Assembly: GCA_965644265.1 (NCBI GenBank)
Contig: OZ286465.1
Location: 93,186,001 to 93,250,000, forward strand
Reading direction: 5' to 3'
Source: Glycera tridactyla
Taxonomy: Eukaryota
DNA length: 64,000 bases
The position numbers and the translations under genes are program-made. Within the stretch, counting starts at the first letter, position 1, and every line of letters starts with the position of its first letter. Of the stretch, positions 51,901-64,000 are shown in pieces. Below the pieces are notes generated by a model. It made no database searches. It was given only the letters and a program-made list of their open reading frames with translations, and was not told the DNA's origin.

Positions 51901-52716
51901 TTCTTGAAGACAATTAGAATCACAATTGCGGGACAATTTCTATGATGCTGAAGATGGCATGGAGTGAAGTTTGGGTACTCGATATAGAAGTATTTGCATG
52001 CCACAATGGCTCCAGGAGGAGGAGACTGAAAATATAAAGGGTCACTTCATTATGATCAAGCATCATCTACACCATGGAGGCTGGGTATCCATGGTCACTA
52101 GCTTCTCTGAACCATAAAAAAATGACTCAACAGCACCTGCACTCACTTTCCCAGACGTTTGTATCCTACTGGCCGATAGACTGGTCATAAACAAATCTTT
52201 CATCATAGCACCATTGCAACAGAACCATTATATCTGAATATGACCTCGAATTTAGCTGATGTTACAAGCCTGAATTTGCCTTTCTGACCATCAAGAAAAC
52301 TTTTTGTGAAATGAGGATAAGATGGGGCAGTATTCAATGACTCCTACCATTCTGTAAGTACCAGTATGCAATAACCTTTGTAATCGGTACAGAATTGGAT
52401 GATTTGAGGAAGTACTTGATGAGTGCTTGAAGTATGCGTTGTCAACATAGAGGACAGCGATAGACAGTCTGGGAAGGTGAATCGGTCTGAAAATGGCTGG
52501 TTGCTCATGCATTTATATATTCCATAAAAATTGGTATGTGGATTTCAAGTAATACAAAGTAAATGTGAAAATATATATACAATCTAGACCCGAATCAGAT
52601 TAATACTCTGACTTTGGGACGGTGCTGATGTGGTAAGCTACTATGTCCATTCAACCCATCATCATATACAGGCTTCATCAGGGCAGGCGTGATACACATC
52701 CATCATGTTGCTCAGT

Positions 52717-52866
52717 NNNNNNNNNNNNNNNNNNNNNNNNNNNNNNNNNNNNNNNNNNNNNNNNNNNNNNNNNNNNNNNNNNNNNNNNNNNNNNNNNNNN
52801 NNNNNNNNNNNNNNNNNNNNNNNNNNNNNNNNNNNNNNNNNNNNNNNNNNNNNNNNNNNNNNNNNN
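52717..52866. other. Assembly gap (150 N)
   Basis: N-run next to a tandem repeat. Confidence 1.
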
Positions 52867-52944
52867 CTATGAGAGTTGTAAGTGGAAAGAGATGGTGGCT
52901 CAGATGTTGAGCAGGAGTGACACTAGTGGTTTTGTTTGGCATCA

Positions 52945-53545
52945 TAAAGTATGAGTGTCATTAGTGAAGATATGTCCTGTGTACCCGTTAGTGAGAGATA
53001 TTCCATGTGATGGTAATTAATACAGTATGGGTCCCATCAGAGAGATATGTCCTGTAGGGCTGTGTATCATATAGTGTAAGTCCAATTAGAGAGATCTTTA
53101 TACTTGTAGTCAATGGTCTCTGACTCCCTCCGTCCAGCATGTGTAAATAAAGTTTCAAATCAAATCTGTCCTATGTGGCTGTATACGATACAGCATGAGT
53201 CCCATTAGTGAGATATGTTCAGTATGTTAGTATAATACAGTATGGGTCCAACCAGTGGGGTATGAACTGCGTGTCAGTACATAGAAAGTATGAAGTCCCA
53301 TCAGTGCGATATAATGTTCTGTGTGGTAGTTTTGACAGGATGAATCCCATTGGTCATGTCATGTGTGTCAGTATATTACACAGTATGAGTCCCGTTAGTG
53401 AGGTATGTCCTATGTGATGGTATGATATACGATATGATCCCATTGGTGAGGTATGTCCTATGCAATCATATGATACAAGTCCCATTAGTGGGGTATGTCC
53501 TATGAGATGGTATATTATACAGGCTGAGTCCAATAAGTGAGGTAA
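52945..53545. repeat. Diverged minisatellite, about 48-49-bp unit
   Basis: GAGTCCCATTAGTGAGATATGTCCTATGTGATGGTATGATATACAGTAT-like units, adjacent to an N-gap. Confidence 0.85.
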
Positions 53546-55548
53546 ATGTTCGACATGTGTATAATATCAGCCATGAAAAATGTCTATATTGATCATCATC
53601 TGAAAACATCAAAATTGCTCGCAGTTTGAATGATTAGGATGCAAATTCAGAAATGGATTCAGATTCGGACAGGTGTGTTCTGGGTTGTTTCAAACATATG
53701 AGTGCGTTCTTTTATGGCCATATGAATTCAAACCAGAATTCTGGTGGCAAAAAACTGACAGTTGTGTTTGTGGCTTCGACCTGATGAAACCAGTGGAATG
53801 AACATGTCGTCCAAGTGAGTCCGATAGTCATAGAAATATATTGAGGTAGAGGCAGCAGCAGTCAGTAGCAGCTAAATTCAGTGCAGCGCTCTCACAGCGA
53901 GATGAATAAAACATCATGCATGAAGTATTGCAGCGAACAGCTGGTATCTATACTCTCACGTCTGTTTGGAGTGAATCTCCCATGAGGATAGTTTGTTCGT
54001 CAAAGTAACTCATCAATCATAGTCAAAATTGCTGTGTGATGTTAATGCAGTCAGATCAAGGATCCAAGCGATCTTGGCTGATACAAGATAACATTACCCA
54101 CATTTGGATAAATCAACTCTTGACACTGCTGGGGATAAATCAAATGATTTGTCATCTCATGATCACTGGAAGGTTTTGAATGTCATTCCATCTCAAATAA
54201 TACTTGCATTTCATTTCACAACGAAATTCCAAACACTGAGTAACATATTGAGTTATATATCGAGCAATGATGTCAAGAAACACATGTTTCATTTCACGGA
54301 ATGTCTTTGAAATGGAGCTCATAACCTTCAAATTGCCAAGAGATGATGTGCTATACTCCACCACCTAATTCTGGTGATCACCCTACAGACCTGGTGTCAA
54401 CACGGAAAAGCAGTGAAGTTCTGCAGTGAACCTTGTTCTCTCCTATCATAAGAAGCGCCGCGCTCTATGTTAAATCCAATACTCTCATTACAAAGCGTCC
54501 TAGCTCGACCTTCGACTTGTGACCTGCCAGGCATGTTTCAATCAGGGAAAGTGTTACTGGAAGCTTTCTTTTTCAATACGTACACAATTGAAGAGCAGTC
54601 TCTGTATCATTAATCACTCCATTCACAACTCACTGATTGAGTGTCAATAAGATGAAGCAGACAGCCATGCGTGGCGGCAATCAAGTTCATTCGCATCTTC
54701 ACCAAAAACTTGACATTTACAAGTTGGTGAATGAGCAGTGAAAGCCCACGATCTTGGTACAGTTTATGTACACCTGAGCATGACACGCAAACTTTGGATA
54801 TGGTCACACGACTTAGACATTCTCAGCATTTTCCAAAGCTGAATGCTGGCAGAACATCCCTGATTTCATGAACTATACAGGAATATACCAGGAGCATGTG
54901 ACTTTGATTTTGAATAGTGTGAAGACATCTTCAAGTCAGGGCTCAAGCAAACTTTTCAGCTCTTCATAAATATGAATGTGTTCTTCTTTTCACGCCATTT
55001 TGAATGGTGTGAAGGCATCTTCAAGCCAGGTTTCAGGCAAACTTTTCAGCTCTCCAGAAATGTGAATGTGTTCTTCATTTCATACCATAGCCATTTATTT
55101 TGAGTAAAATGTATGCTGTTTATCACAACCAAATTTCAGATTTTTTCATCCATTGTATAACCAAACATATGTAAACTTCGGAGAATTTTCTGGTCTCTGG
55201 CTGAATTGAAAAAACTCAAATCATGAAACAACCCTTGAAATATCTCCACAGTTGGCCTTATATAAGTATGCTCCTAATAGTTGTGAATTGCATGGGAGTA
55301 AACTCAATTCAATAGCAGCAAAATCTTTTGATTTTGACAGGAAATATACATCATTCTTTGAATAATTTGCGGACTGGTTCAACATTTATGCCAATGATAT
55401 ATCTTGAAATCACTTGTGAATACCCAACACCTGAAGCTATTTCTGCTGCTCCATGCACTGTAAGTGATTTCAAGAGTAATCAAATGACTGCGATTAGGCT
55501 GCCGGCAGGACACAAGCGATCATGCGCAGATGAGTTGGATTCTCTTAC

Positions 55549-55578
55549 CATGTTCGTATGGCCCTGTGTCTCCACATT
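55549..55578 (-). CDS. CADPS: Candidate 30-nt CADPS microexon (NVETQGHTNM if phase 0)
   Basis: Acceptor ccccgactttcag, donor ATG|gtaaga; 30 nt, no stop in phase 0. Confidence 0.4.
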
Positions 55579-58546
55579 CTGAAAGTCGGGGTGTACATCA
55601 GACTCATTATCATTCCGTACAAAGTTGGCAGCAAGTTAAGTAAAAATGTTCTGAACAGCAGCATAAATATGGGATGCTCATGGAAATTAAAACATGGCAA
55701 AAGTTGATTGTCCAACAAAATTATCGAGTCAGGATGATTGCCGTATAGGGGTCTACTTCTCAAAGAGAGACAGTGTTCAGTAACCATTTCACTTTGAATT
55801 ACACCCATCATTGATGATGAACTGGGCCTAGGGTCAACTCAAGCTTGTATGGATATAAGATGCATTGAAACATGAGATACGAGGCTTCCCGGTAAGAGAC
55901 CACTTCTATTCAAAATAGTGAAATGTATCGACAAAATAACAACACTGCTCTTTGAAGACAAATATGGTGGTCTTCTGTTGCAGCTTCCCAATGATACAAG
56001 ACCCAAGGTGACACTTTATATCCAAAGTTGACCATCTAATGTTGATAAGCATTTTTGATGCCAAATGTACTACTTGAGTGGAATCTACAATAGGCAAGCT
56101 TGAGGTGAGCAACCAGCAAGCACCTGCCTTGGCGGAAATTTGCGGTGTTAGCAGATCGTAGGTTCCACTGTAAAGCAATTTCGGTAGGAGACTAGATATG
56201 AGGGTGACCCATATTGTGCTACACAGGTAGCAATTACTGGCATGATACCCGCATCAAGTTTCAGTGACACCGGATACTCTAATCCAATCAGCTATTGTCC
56301 CACTCATGACTTTTTGACATAGCAGAAGCACATATTGGATTTTCCCATGCTCATCTTGGCCATATGCATCAATTGATATACTCTTGTTTATTCTTGATTA
56401 AAAGCCTTGATTGTCATGATATTTTCAAGGCACAATGTGGTTTTTGATAATACCAAATAGATTATACAAATTTGTGTTGAATATCTGACAAAATCGAAAG
56501 TAGGTTCTTTTTGACATAACCACACAATGACTTATGTTGTTGACTGTCATGACAGTTTCGACAGACATCTTCCTCATAACTACTGCTCACTAGGTGGCGG
56601 TGTGGCAGTATTGGCAAGGAAGATGGCTGACAGCTGTCGAAATAGTTGAAGACGTGAGTGATCGTTTGGTCATGTCAAGAAGAACCTACTGTCGATCTCC
56701 ATCAGACTAACCAGATGATCTTCTTCAACTATCTGACAAAATGTTCCAAGTTATCACCACTTTTGCCATGCGTTAAACAGTAGGGGAATGATCTGCGATC
56801 TTCGGACATTTAATTTCTTATGTATCATCCTAGATTATGTCATTCAGAAAGATGATGCTATTGACCTCCAAATGGCCATTCAGAACATTTTATGCAATCT
56901 ACTTTGAAAATCTTATTCAGAAAGACTGCCATTAAATCCTACTATGATGTCTAACCCTCCCTAGTGTTCAAAAATGACCGAGAACATGATTTCAATGGCT
57001 GAATATATCACCATGAATATCGGTTGAAACCAGGAGTCCAACCCCAGTACCCAACTAATAATAAAAAACATAATCATAATTGTGCTAGTGAATACTAGTC
57101 TTTTATCTCCTCATTCATACGGAGGATCAGTGAATTAGTTGGAGGAAAAAGTCTAATGAGATGTGTGAATAGAAAAATCAATCAAAATGCATACTGAGAG
57201 TCAATCTGGAGGAAACACTCTATGATTGATATAAAATATCTAACGATAGATTCCCTAAATATATAAAAAATGGGAAAAATATTTTTGAGTGCATCTAATG
57301 ATGCAAATGGTGGTATAAATCAATATTGGTCATTTCACATGGCAGTCATTTCAACAGAGTACAAGAGTAAGAGCTCATCTTTTAACAGGTCCATGATCAT
57401 TTTCCACATCAAAATCATTCTATGACACTGTGATTTCTCATTGGGGTAACCATTTTGCACTTTCATAAGCTGATATAGGTAAGAGATTCAAGGACAATTT
57501 CATTATCATTTCAAGTGCACTTAAATTCAGGAAGTATAGCCGTATAGCGATGATACTCTGACAAAAAAACTATCCAAATTGGTGGCACTTGTTGGCTGGA
57601 AGATGAGCATGTAAAGTTGGCTCATTCTGATGTCAGAAGGGATTCATGATCTTGATGAAGCAAAACTTTCAATCCTTTGGTTCAAAGATTCTCGGCATTC
57701 TAATCACCATTCAAAGGTGAATTCGCATTTTGAAATGGCCTCCATCATCAAAGAGGTGACCAGATGTCTACATCTTCCCTACAGATTTGTCCTAAAAGCT
57801 GTGCAAGTTAAAAAGAGGTGATTTCATATTTGAAATAACGAACTTTTGATAGTTGTTTGTCCAAGGTCAGAATATGACCAGAAAACTTCAATTCAGAATT
57901 GCTGTCAATAACACTTTCAGGATTTCCATCTAGCTCAATACATGAAACTTATTCATTGCCATCAAGAAAAACACATTATTTCCCAGTTGATTGAATCAAG
58001 TTTGGAAGTCAAACGACAGGGGGAGTTGTCAATGAGCGATTATGTAGTACAAAGTTGAGTGTGTATGTGAAATGACCGTGACCCCATTTTTATGGCATAA
58101 GCAAAACTATATCATTCCAATGGGAAGTGGTACATATGGGCATTTCAAGCCTGATAAAAACTACCTGGAGAGTATCACAGTCATTGAAATAAATTCACAT
58201 CATTTTCCAAATCTTATCAATATTATATATACATGTATACGGAAATATTCAAATGAGAAATGACTAAGCAGTTGCAGGAATTTGAATATAATCCCTGAAG
58301 GGCAAATACTTGTAGATTGGAAAATACATGTATCATTCCTTAAGAGCTAATGCATTCATATCGATGAAAAAATATATGGATGAAATGCAAGATTCATATT
58401 GATTAAATCCTATGAAGAAAGACCATTATTCACACATTTTCCCAACATACTAGACCTGACAAATTCACGGGTACTCGGTATTGGAACATCTAAGTCGATG
58501 AGTTAAGATTCCCCACTGAAGTCTTCATGGTCTCATCATTGTTAGT

Positions 58547-59060
58547 ATTGTTAATTGTACTTTCTGTGATATCAATATCACAGTAACGATTGTTAACTGA
58601 ACTTTCTGTGATATCAATATAATATTAACGATTGTTTACTGAACTTTTTGTGATATCAATATCATATCAATAATTGTCAACTGTACTTTTTGTGATATCA
58701 ATATCATAGTAATGATTGTTATCTGTAGAATTTGTGATATCAATATCATAGTAATGATTGTTACCTGTACTTTATGTGATATCAATATCATAGTAATGAT
58801 TGTTAACTGTTCTTTTGTGATATCAATATCATAGTAATGATGGTTCACTGAACTTTTTGTGATATCAATATCATAGTAATGATGGTTCACTGAACTTTTT
58901 GTGATATCGATATCATAGTAATGATTGTTAACTGTACTTTTTGTGATATCAATATCATAGTAATAATTGTTAACTGTACTTTTTGTGATATCAATTTCAT
59001 AGTAACGATGGTTCACTGAACTTTTTGTGATAGTGATGATTCCTCACTGAACTCTTCATG
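58547..59060. repeat. Minisatellite, 42-bp unit, about 12 copies
   Basis: TGTGATATCAATATCATAGTAATGATTGTTAACTGTACTTTT repeated head to tail without spacers. Confidence 0.95.
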
Positions 59061-59505
59061 ATATCAATAAGGAATAAGAACCAAGTAACTGATTACAATT
59101 TTTTTCCATTATAATACCTGAATCAAGACTGTGAGGAAAATGAAAGTATGCAGTTAACCAGCATGCAGAGGATGTGAACACTGTGCGTACATATACATGT
59201 ACCTAATGTGTGCATGTGCGCACAGACGGGAATGTGTACTGAATAACGGCAGTGTGGCATAGAAGAGAGACAACTCTTGCTCCTGTCTCATTTCTATATG
59301 GTACGATCAAAATATAGTCATCAAAATCTACATGAAATGGAATAAAACACCCGAGATGCAAGCAGGCAAGATGATGTATATAAACATGTATTCAACTGGA
59401 TGCAGTCTGAATGAGAGAAGGGTGGAGCAGCGAAGGTGATGTGCGCGAGGAGAGAGAGATGAGGAGAGAGTGTGTGAAACAGATGGAGGAGAAGACGAAA
59501 CTCAC

Positions 59506-59517
59506 CGATTTAAACGC
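59506..59517 (-). CDS. CADPS: Candidate 12-nt CADPS microexon (GCGTTTAAATCG; AFKS if phase 0)
   Basis: Long pyrimidine tract then tgccgggtag acceptor, G|gtgagt donor; length is a multiple of 3. Confidence 0.6.
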
Positions 59518-60261
59518 CTACCCGGCAAATAGGAGGGAAGAAAACAACACAGACAAGAACATTATTACGGTCATGCCACAAATACGCAAAACGTTACCAT
59601 GGTTACAGTGTCTTACAAGAGGCTGCACATTGTGACTCGAGGCATTCGGAATTCCTCGTGTATGGATATTCAGAATTTCTCGAAATTCGTAGACCGAATA
59701 CGGCAAGAATCAGCTGTTCACAGTTCATTACAATGGGTGGGGGTGCAGTTAACTGGGGAGGGGGAGCACAAGAAACTTACATATGCATGCGCAGGGCAGG
59801 GAAGACAGCACATAGGTTAATGGGGGAGCCAAGTACATGGATATTAGCTACAAGGCTGGCCTGCACTAACACATGGTGCATATGTCAATTCACAATAGTC
59901 CACGCCTGAGTGTATTTTCTCAGAGACCTCGAGCATCAAAGTTGGGGACAGTTCACCGAAATCCAGGAGCAGACCAAACTAAGGCACATTTCACTTAGGT
60001 TGAGGTGTCCTCAGAAATGGCATAGGTGCACTCTAACTGCAGAGTATATGGAGCACACCAGCAATACTAGTGAGGACACTTCCCTTATAATGAAATGGGC
60101 CTTTTGCTGTCATCAGCAATCAGGATTTGCGTGGTAAATGGACAATTGCAAAATTTGAGACATTGGCCAAAATTCATGGCAAAGTTTGTTTGGTGAGTCG
60201 TACATAGAAATGAGTTGTTGCAAAGGGGTCTGCATTTTTAACAAGAACATCTAATACAGTC

Positions 60262-63190
60262 CTAGATTACTTCACTGGAAGAGAGTGACTTTTGCTGAGT
60301 CATATCCAATATCAATACTTTCTGAAACCCTCGAGAAGCGGGAGGGAAGTCAGCCTCAGTTTTGATGAAATGGGTCTCAGTAACGGTAAAATACAATGAA
60401 TCATCACATGAACAAATGCCTCTGATGCTGACAATGGGTTGAATTCTGAAAATTCTTTGATGGATGATTGGAAAGAGTGGCATATACCCACATGATGAGG
60501 GGAACCTTCAAAGAAAATACACACAAGCCCCTTCTTCAACTACATCCGTCTAGAAAAGACGGCTGTAACCAGCCATCAAAGATCCTATTTATAAGATACT
60601 GAGATTTATTGAGGATTCAATCTACTACATTTGTTTTTCATTTTTGATTTCAAAGAAACTGTGATGAAATGAGCGGGGTGAAAATCATGATGTAAGGTTT
60701 GGATTACTGTATTGAAGTATAACAGTCAGAGCTGATTGCAATCCCGTGAACACCTCTGGGTGGACACCTCCATCTGGTCAGAAATACCAGAATGGACTAG
60801 ATACCAAAATTCAAGATACAATCACATAAGAGTGAACCCTTAAATGTGATGAACAGTGCAACATGTGCAACTCCAACCTGGCAAAGAGCGATCCGAAAAG
60901 TTAACAACACTGGTAACCCCCTTCCCAACCCCTTTGTAGGAATAGCTTTAAATCAGGTCATGATCACAGAAATTTACAGCTGGTCTACAAGAGCTATAAT
61001 CCATACTAGTCAAAAGGGAAATGCCCAACATCAAAACCTCAGATAATTTATATCAGGTTTCATTTAATGGGAACACCCGACAGAGAAATGATGCCCATAC
61101 TCATGAATCATGTGATCCCAAAGGCAACAATACTCATGGATACTTCAGATCAAGGGAGCAAAGTAATTCCATTAGTAGAAATATGAAAGAACTTGATAAA
61201 GGAACTTGATACCAATGAGAACCAGTGTGTTGAACAATCGGAAGTTTGAATTGAATATCCTGTTTCTGCAGGGCATTCCACAGTTCAGGTAAGTAGACCA
61301 TGACAAAATAGAAACACCAAAAGGTAATACACCAGACCTCATGCAATTCAAATTATCCCGATTCTATTACTTTTGAATGTGATGTTGTGTGTGCATTGGC
61401 TGCTCAGATTAACTGATTCAAAGAGCAATGTTCAATATCTCTTCAATGAAAGCAGAATAATATGAGTCTGATATATATTGCCCAAGTGTTACTCCAGACA
61501 AAACATGTACTTCAAGGGGAATGTGTGGCTAGCTTTTATATTCCCCTGCCCGGGAACTTCTCCTTAATAAAATTCATATAATTTCTCAAGTGTGAGACAT
61601 ATACTCTGAAAAGACTCTCTCAAGAGGGACTGAATGAAAATTGAAATCATACTCTTGACTGAATTCACAGTTTGGGTCTTACATGTCCATGCAGATTAGA
61701 TACTACCGATTATAGGTTAACAGCATGTATCAAATCAACAAATAATGTGTGCTGCTGATCAAGACTGTTGAGAATTGGATGCTCTGTCCCCTGTGATTAT
61801 CACTCCCACCAACCCTTTGCACAGAATGGTGGGTAACCAATGGCCTTTGGTAGATCAGAGGCAAACACATCAAGTGATGCCAGTGATTCACATCTTTGAG
61901 AATGCCATTCACTTGGATATATTGCAACCAATTCAATTATCTTTGCAACAGTATTATCTGGATTTTTCACTGGTGCTCAACACTAATTTATCTGATTCAA
62001 TCATGCAATATGAGTTCAATCATCTCAGTAAATGAGGAGTATCAAATATCAATGAGCCTCAAGATTTCATCTATCCTTGATTAAATCAAGTTTATTCAAA
62101 TTGAAGGCATCTGTGGATGAAGAATATCAATCAAAATACAAAATAAAGATATTCCATCTGATCTCATCAGATGAGAATCATTTTAAGCTAGAAGCTCTAG
62201 ATGTTTTTTTGCAGTCCCATGACTCATGAAGCTTCTCAAATATGCATAAACCTATCAGCTCCAATGTGAAAAGATAGAGTCAAAATCAGTCATAAGTTGA
62301 CATTTCTTTTGAGATTTCCGATCATCAGCTTCCTTGAGCAATAGTTGACATCACCGGCTTAAGCCATGCAAACCTCAATTGTACGTTTATAACATGTCAA
62401 AGATTTTTTTGAGGATAAAGTCCATCGTTCAGTGTCTTTATTGGATGTCAAAGATTCATTGTGTGAGAATTCAGGTGTGAGAAATTTTAATGCAGTCGAC
62501 CCCAGGATGAAACTCGACTAGTACTTATTGAACAAATACCCTTGCCGAAGAAAAGCTGTTTCTTTAGTATTCATTACTTTCGTGTGCTAGACCCTGGATA
62601 ATCACAACTACATAATTGTGAGTGCCGAGACGAGAGGGTACTTGATTTTGTAAATGTGGCTTGATTCAATGAGCTCTAGACAAAGAATAGATATGATTAA
62701 CTGCAACTCTGGAATAATGGTTTACTGATAGTGGAGACATGAATGATGCAAGCAATCGATGTACATTCAAACATGTCCTACGCATGTTGCCAATGGAATG
62801 TCGTGCATTCCTAGCAAAGGTCACACTCAGTAGAGGGACATTGAAGTGAAAACACTTTCGATGGGATTATTCCAGGGTTTTGCTTAATTCAAGGCATGCA
62901 CAAGTCAGGTTCAGCATGAACTATGCCTCTGAAGTCTGGCTAATAATCTTCAACCAAAAACCCAATTAATTGAAACTTTACTCAAACCTGAATGACCATC
63001 AATACCATGCAGAAACAAAAAAAATATGGAACTGTGCAAAATATATTTCAAACTTGGAACCTTGACCATAACGAGTTGAATGCAATTGTAAAACTCCCAA
63101 AACAAAAGAAGATGACACAGCAGCAAAAACCTTCCTGATAATATACCTAAGCTTCCCTGAAACAGAGAAAACATATTACTGTACTTCAAT
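60262..63190 (-). pseudogene. Decayed LINE fragments (endonuclease- and RT-like remnants)
   Basis: Remnant motifs TVTETHF, AGDVN and WLQYIQVNG in broken frames; not collinear, so probably more than one element. Confidence 0.3.
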
Positions 63191-64000
63191 CTTACCTAAT
63201 ACTCCACTAAATTGTTTTTGTGCACATATCAAGATAATGGGGTTCTGTAGGTTGGAAAGGTCCATGGCACAATTCCTGCCTCAGGTTAAAAATTCCGAAT
63301 GAAACTTCAACTTATGCTACTGATACAATGGAAAAACCCACTCAGGTGGGATATTCAACACACCACTACACCTCACAAATCTGGGAAGATATCAGAAACC
63401 ACTGAAGAAAGACAACATTGGAAACAGGTGGCTGTCATAAGGTATTAGTGGGATATGTTAGGTGGTTAGTATTTGTGGGTGTGAGGGCAGGGATAAGCAC
63501 GGGGATGGAAGAGTACAGACTGAACAGACTGAGGAGTCAACACCTGAAATTGGGATTAACCACAATATGTCTGGTACCATCATACCGGGAGGACATCTGC
63601 AAACAACTTTCACTACATTGTTGACTTACGTAGAATTGGGCTGCAGGACCTTCATCTATACCACAAATCCTGATATTGGGAAGCACTTCTTCCTATTACC
63701 ATGGGCTGATGCCATGACAAAACACTTAGCCAGCCTGAGAACTGACCGCAATCATTTCATGGATTACGGTTCAACCGCATGCGAGGATCACCGGTTCCAT
63801 GGCATGTGAGGTACTTGTAAGGATTGTGTTATATGCAATACATTATGCTCCCCAAATCAAGTGGCTCGGCCACTAGAAAATACTGGTGGCTGCAGATCCA
63901 AATAATCATGATACACATAAGGCCTTTGATGTTCTACATGCTGAATGATTTACCTGATTAAAGAAGGCTTAATTACCACTGCTTAGTACATGGTTTTTCA

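Noticed and set aside
51900-52040. Strong acceptor-like tract followed by SPPPGAIVACKYFYIEYP...
   Set aside because: No convincing donor and no homology I can recognise.
58547-59060. Regular repeat resembling a CRISPR array, and the 126-aa ORF 58636-59016
   Set aside because: Units are head to tail with no unique spacers, there are no cas genes and the context is eukaryotic. The ORF is just the translated 42-bp (14-codon) unit.
59781-59847. Candidate 67-nt exon (ttgtag ... gtaagt)
   Set aside because: Not a multiple of 3, weak pyrimidine tract and no CAPS similarity. It could only be a poison exon and there is no support for that.
63624-63700. Donor-like TAC|gtaagt after ...GPAAQFY, reminiscent of CAPS ISQFY
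   Set aside because: Similarity is limited to 3 residues, the acceptor is poor, and about 250 aa of intervening CAPS exons would have to lie between here and 48925 but were not found.

Overview
AT-rich eukaryotic (animal) genomic DNA, probably from an invertebrate such as a lophotrochozoan. This taxonomy is inferred from the HINE/MITE/SINE/Penelope repeat content, not proven. The only host gene I can support is the 3' part of a CAPS/CADPS gene (calcium-dependent secretion activator, Munc13-homology region and C-terminus) on the minus strand. Ten GT-AG exons between 48925 and 21307 splice in frame to 388 aa; upstream exons lie beyond position 64000 or in an N-gap. The gene also shows candidate alternative splicing: a 12-nt and a 30-nt frame-preserving microexon upstream of the AFAW exon, two extra phase-0 candidate last exons (one ending in GGCC), and a downstream ORF overlapping the stop codon (TAATG) that ends in a CaaX-like CILC. 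A young, 5'-truncated Penelope-like retroelement (RT + GIY-YIG, 11-bp TSD) carrying a hammerhead-ribozyme motif sits in sense orientation in the last intron. The remainder is MITEs, Helentron-type (HINE-like) repeats, SINEs, decayed LINEs, tandem repeats and two assembly gaps. There is no prokaryotic operon, CRISPR array, rRNA or intact tRNA.
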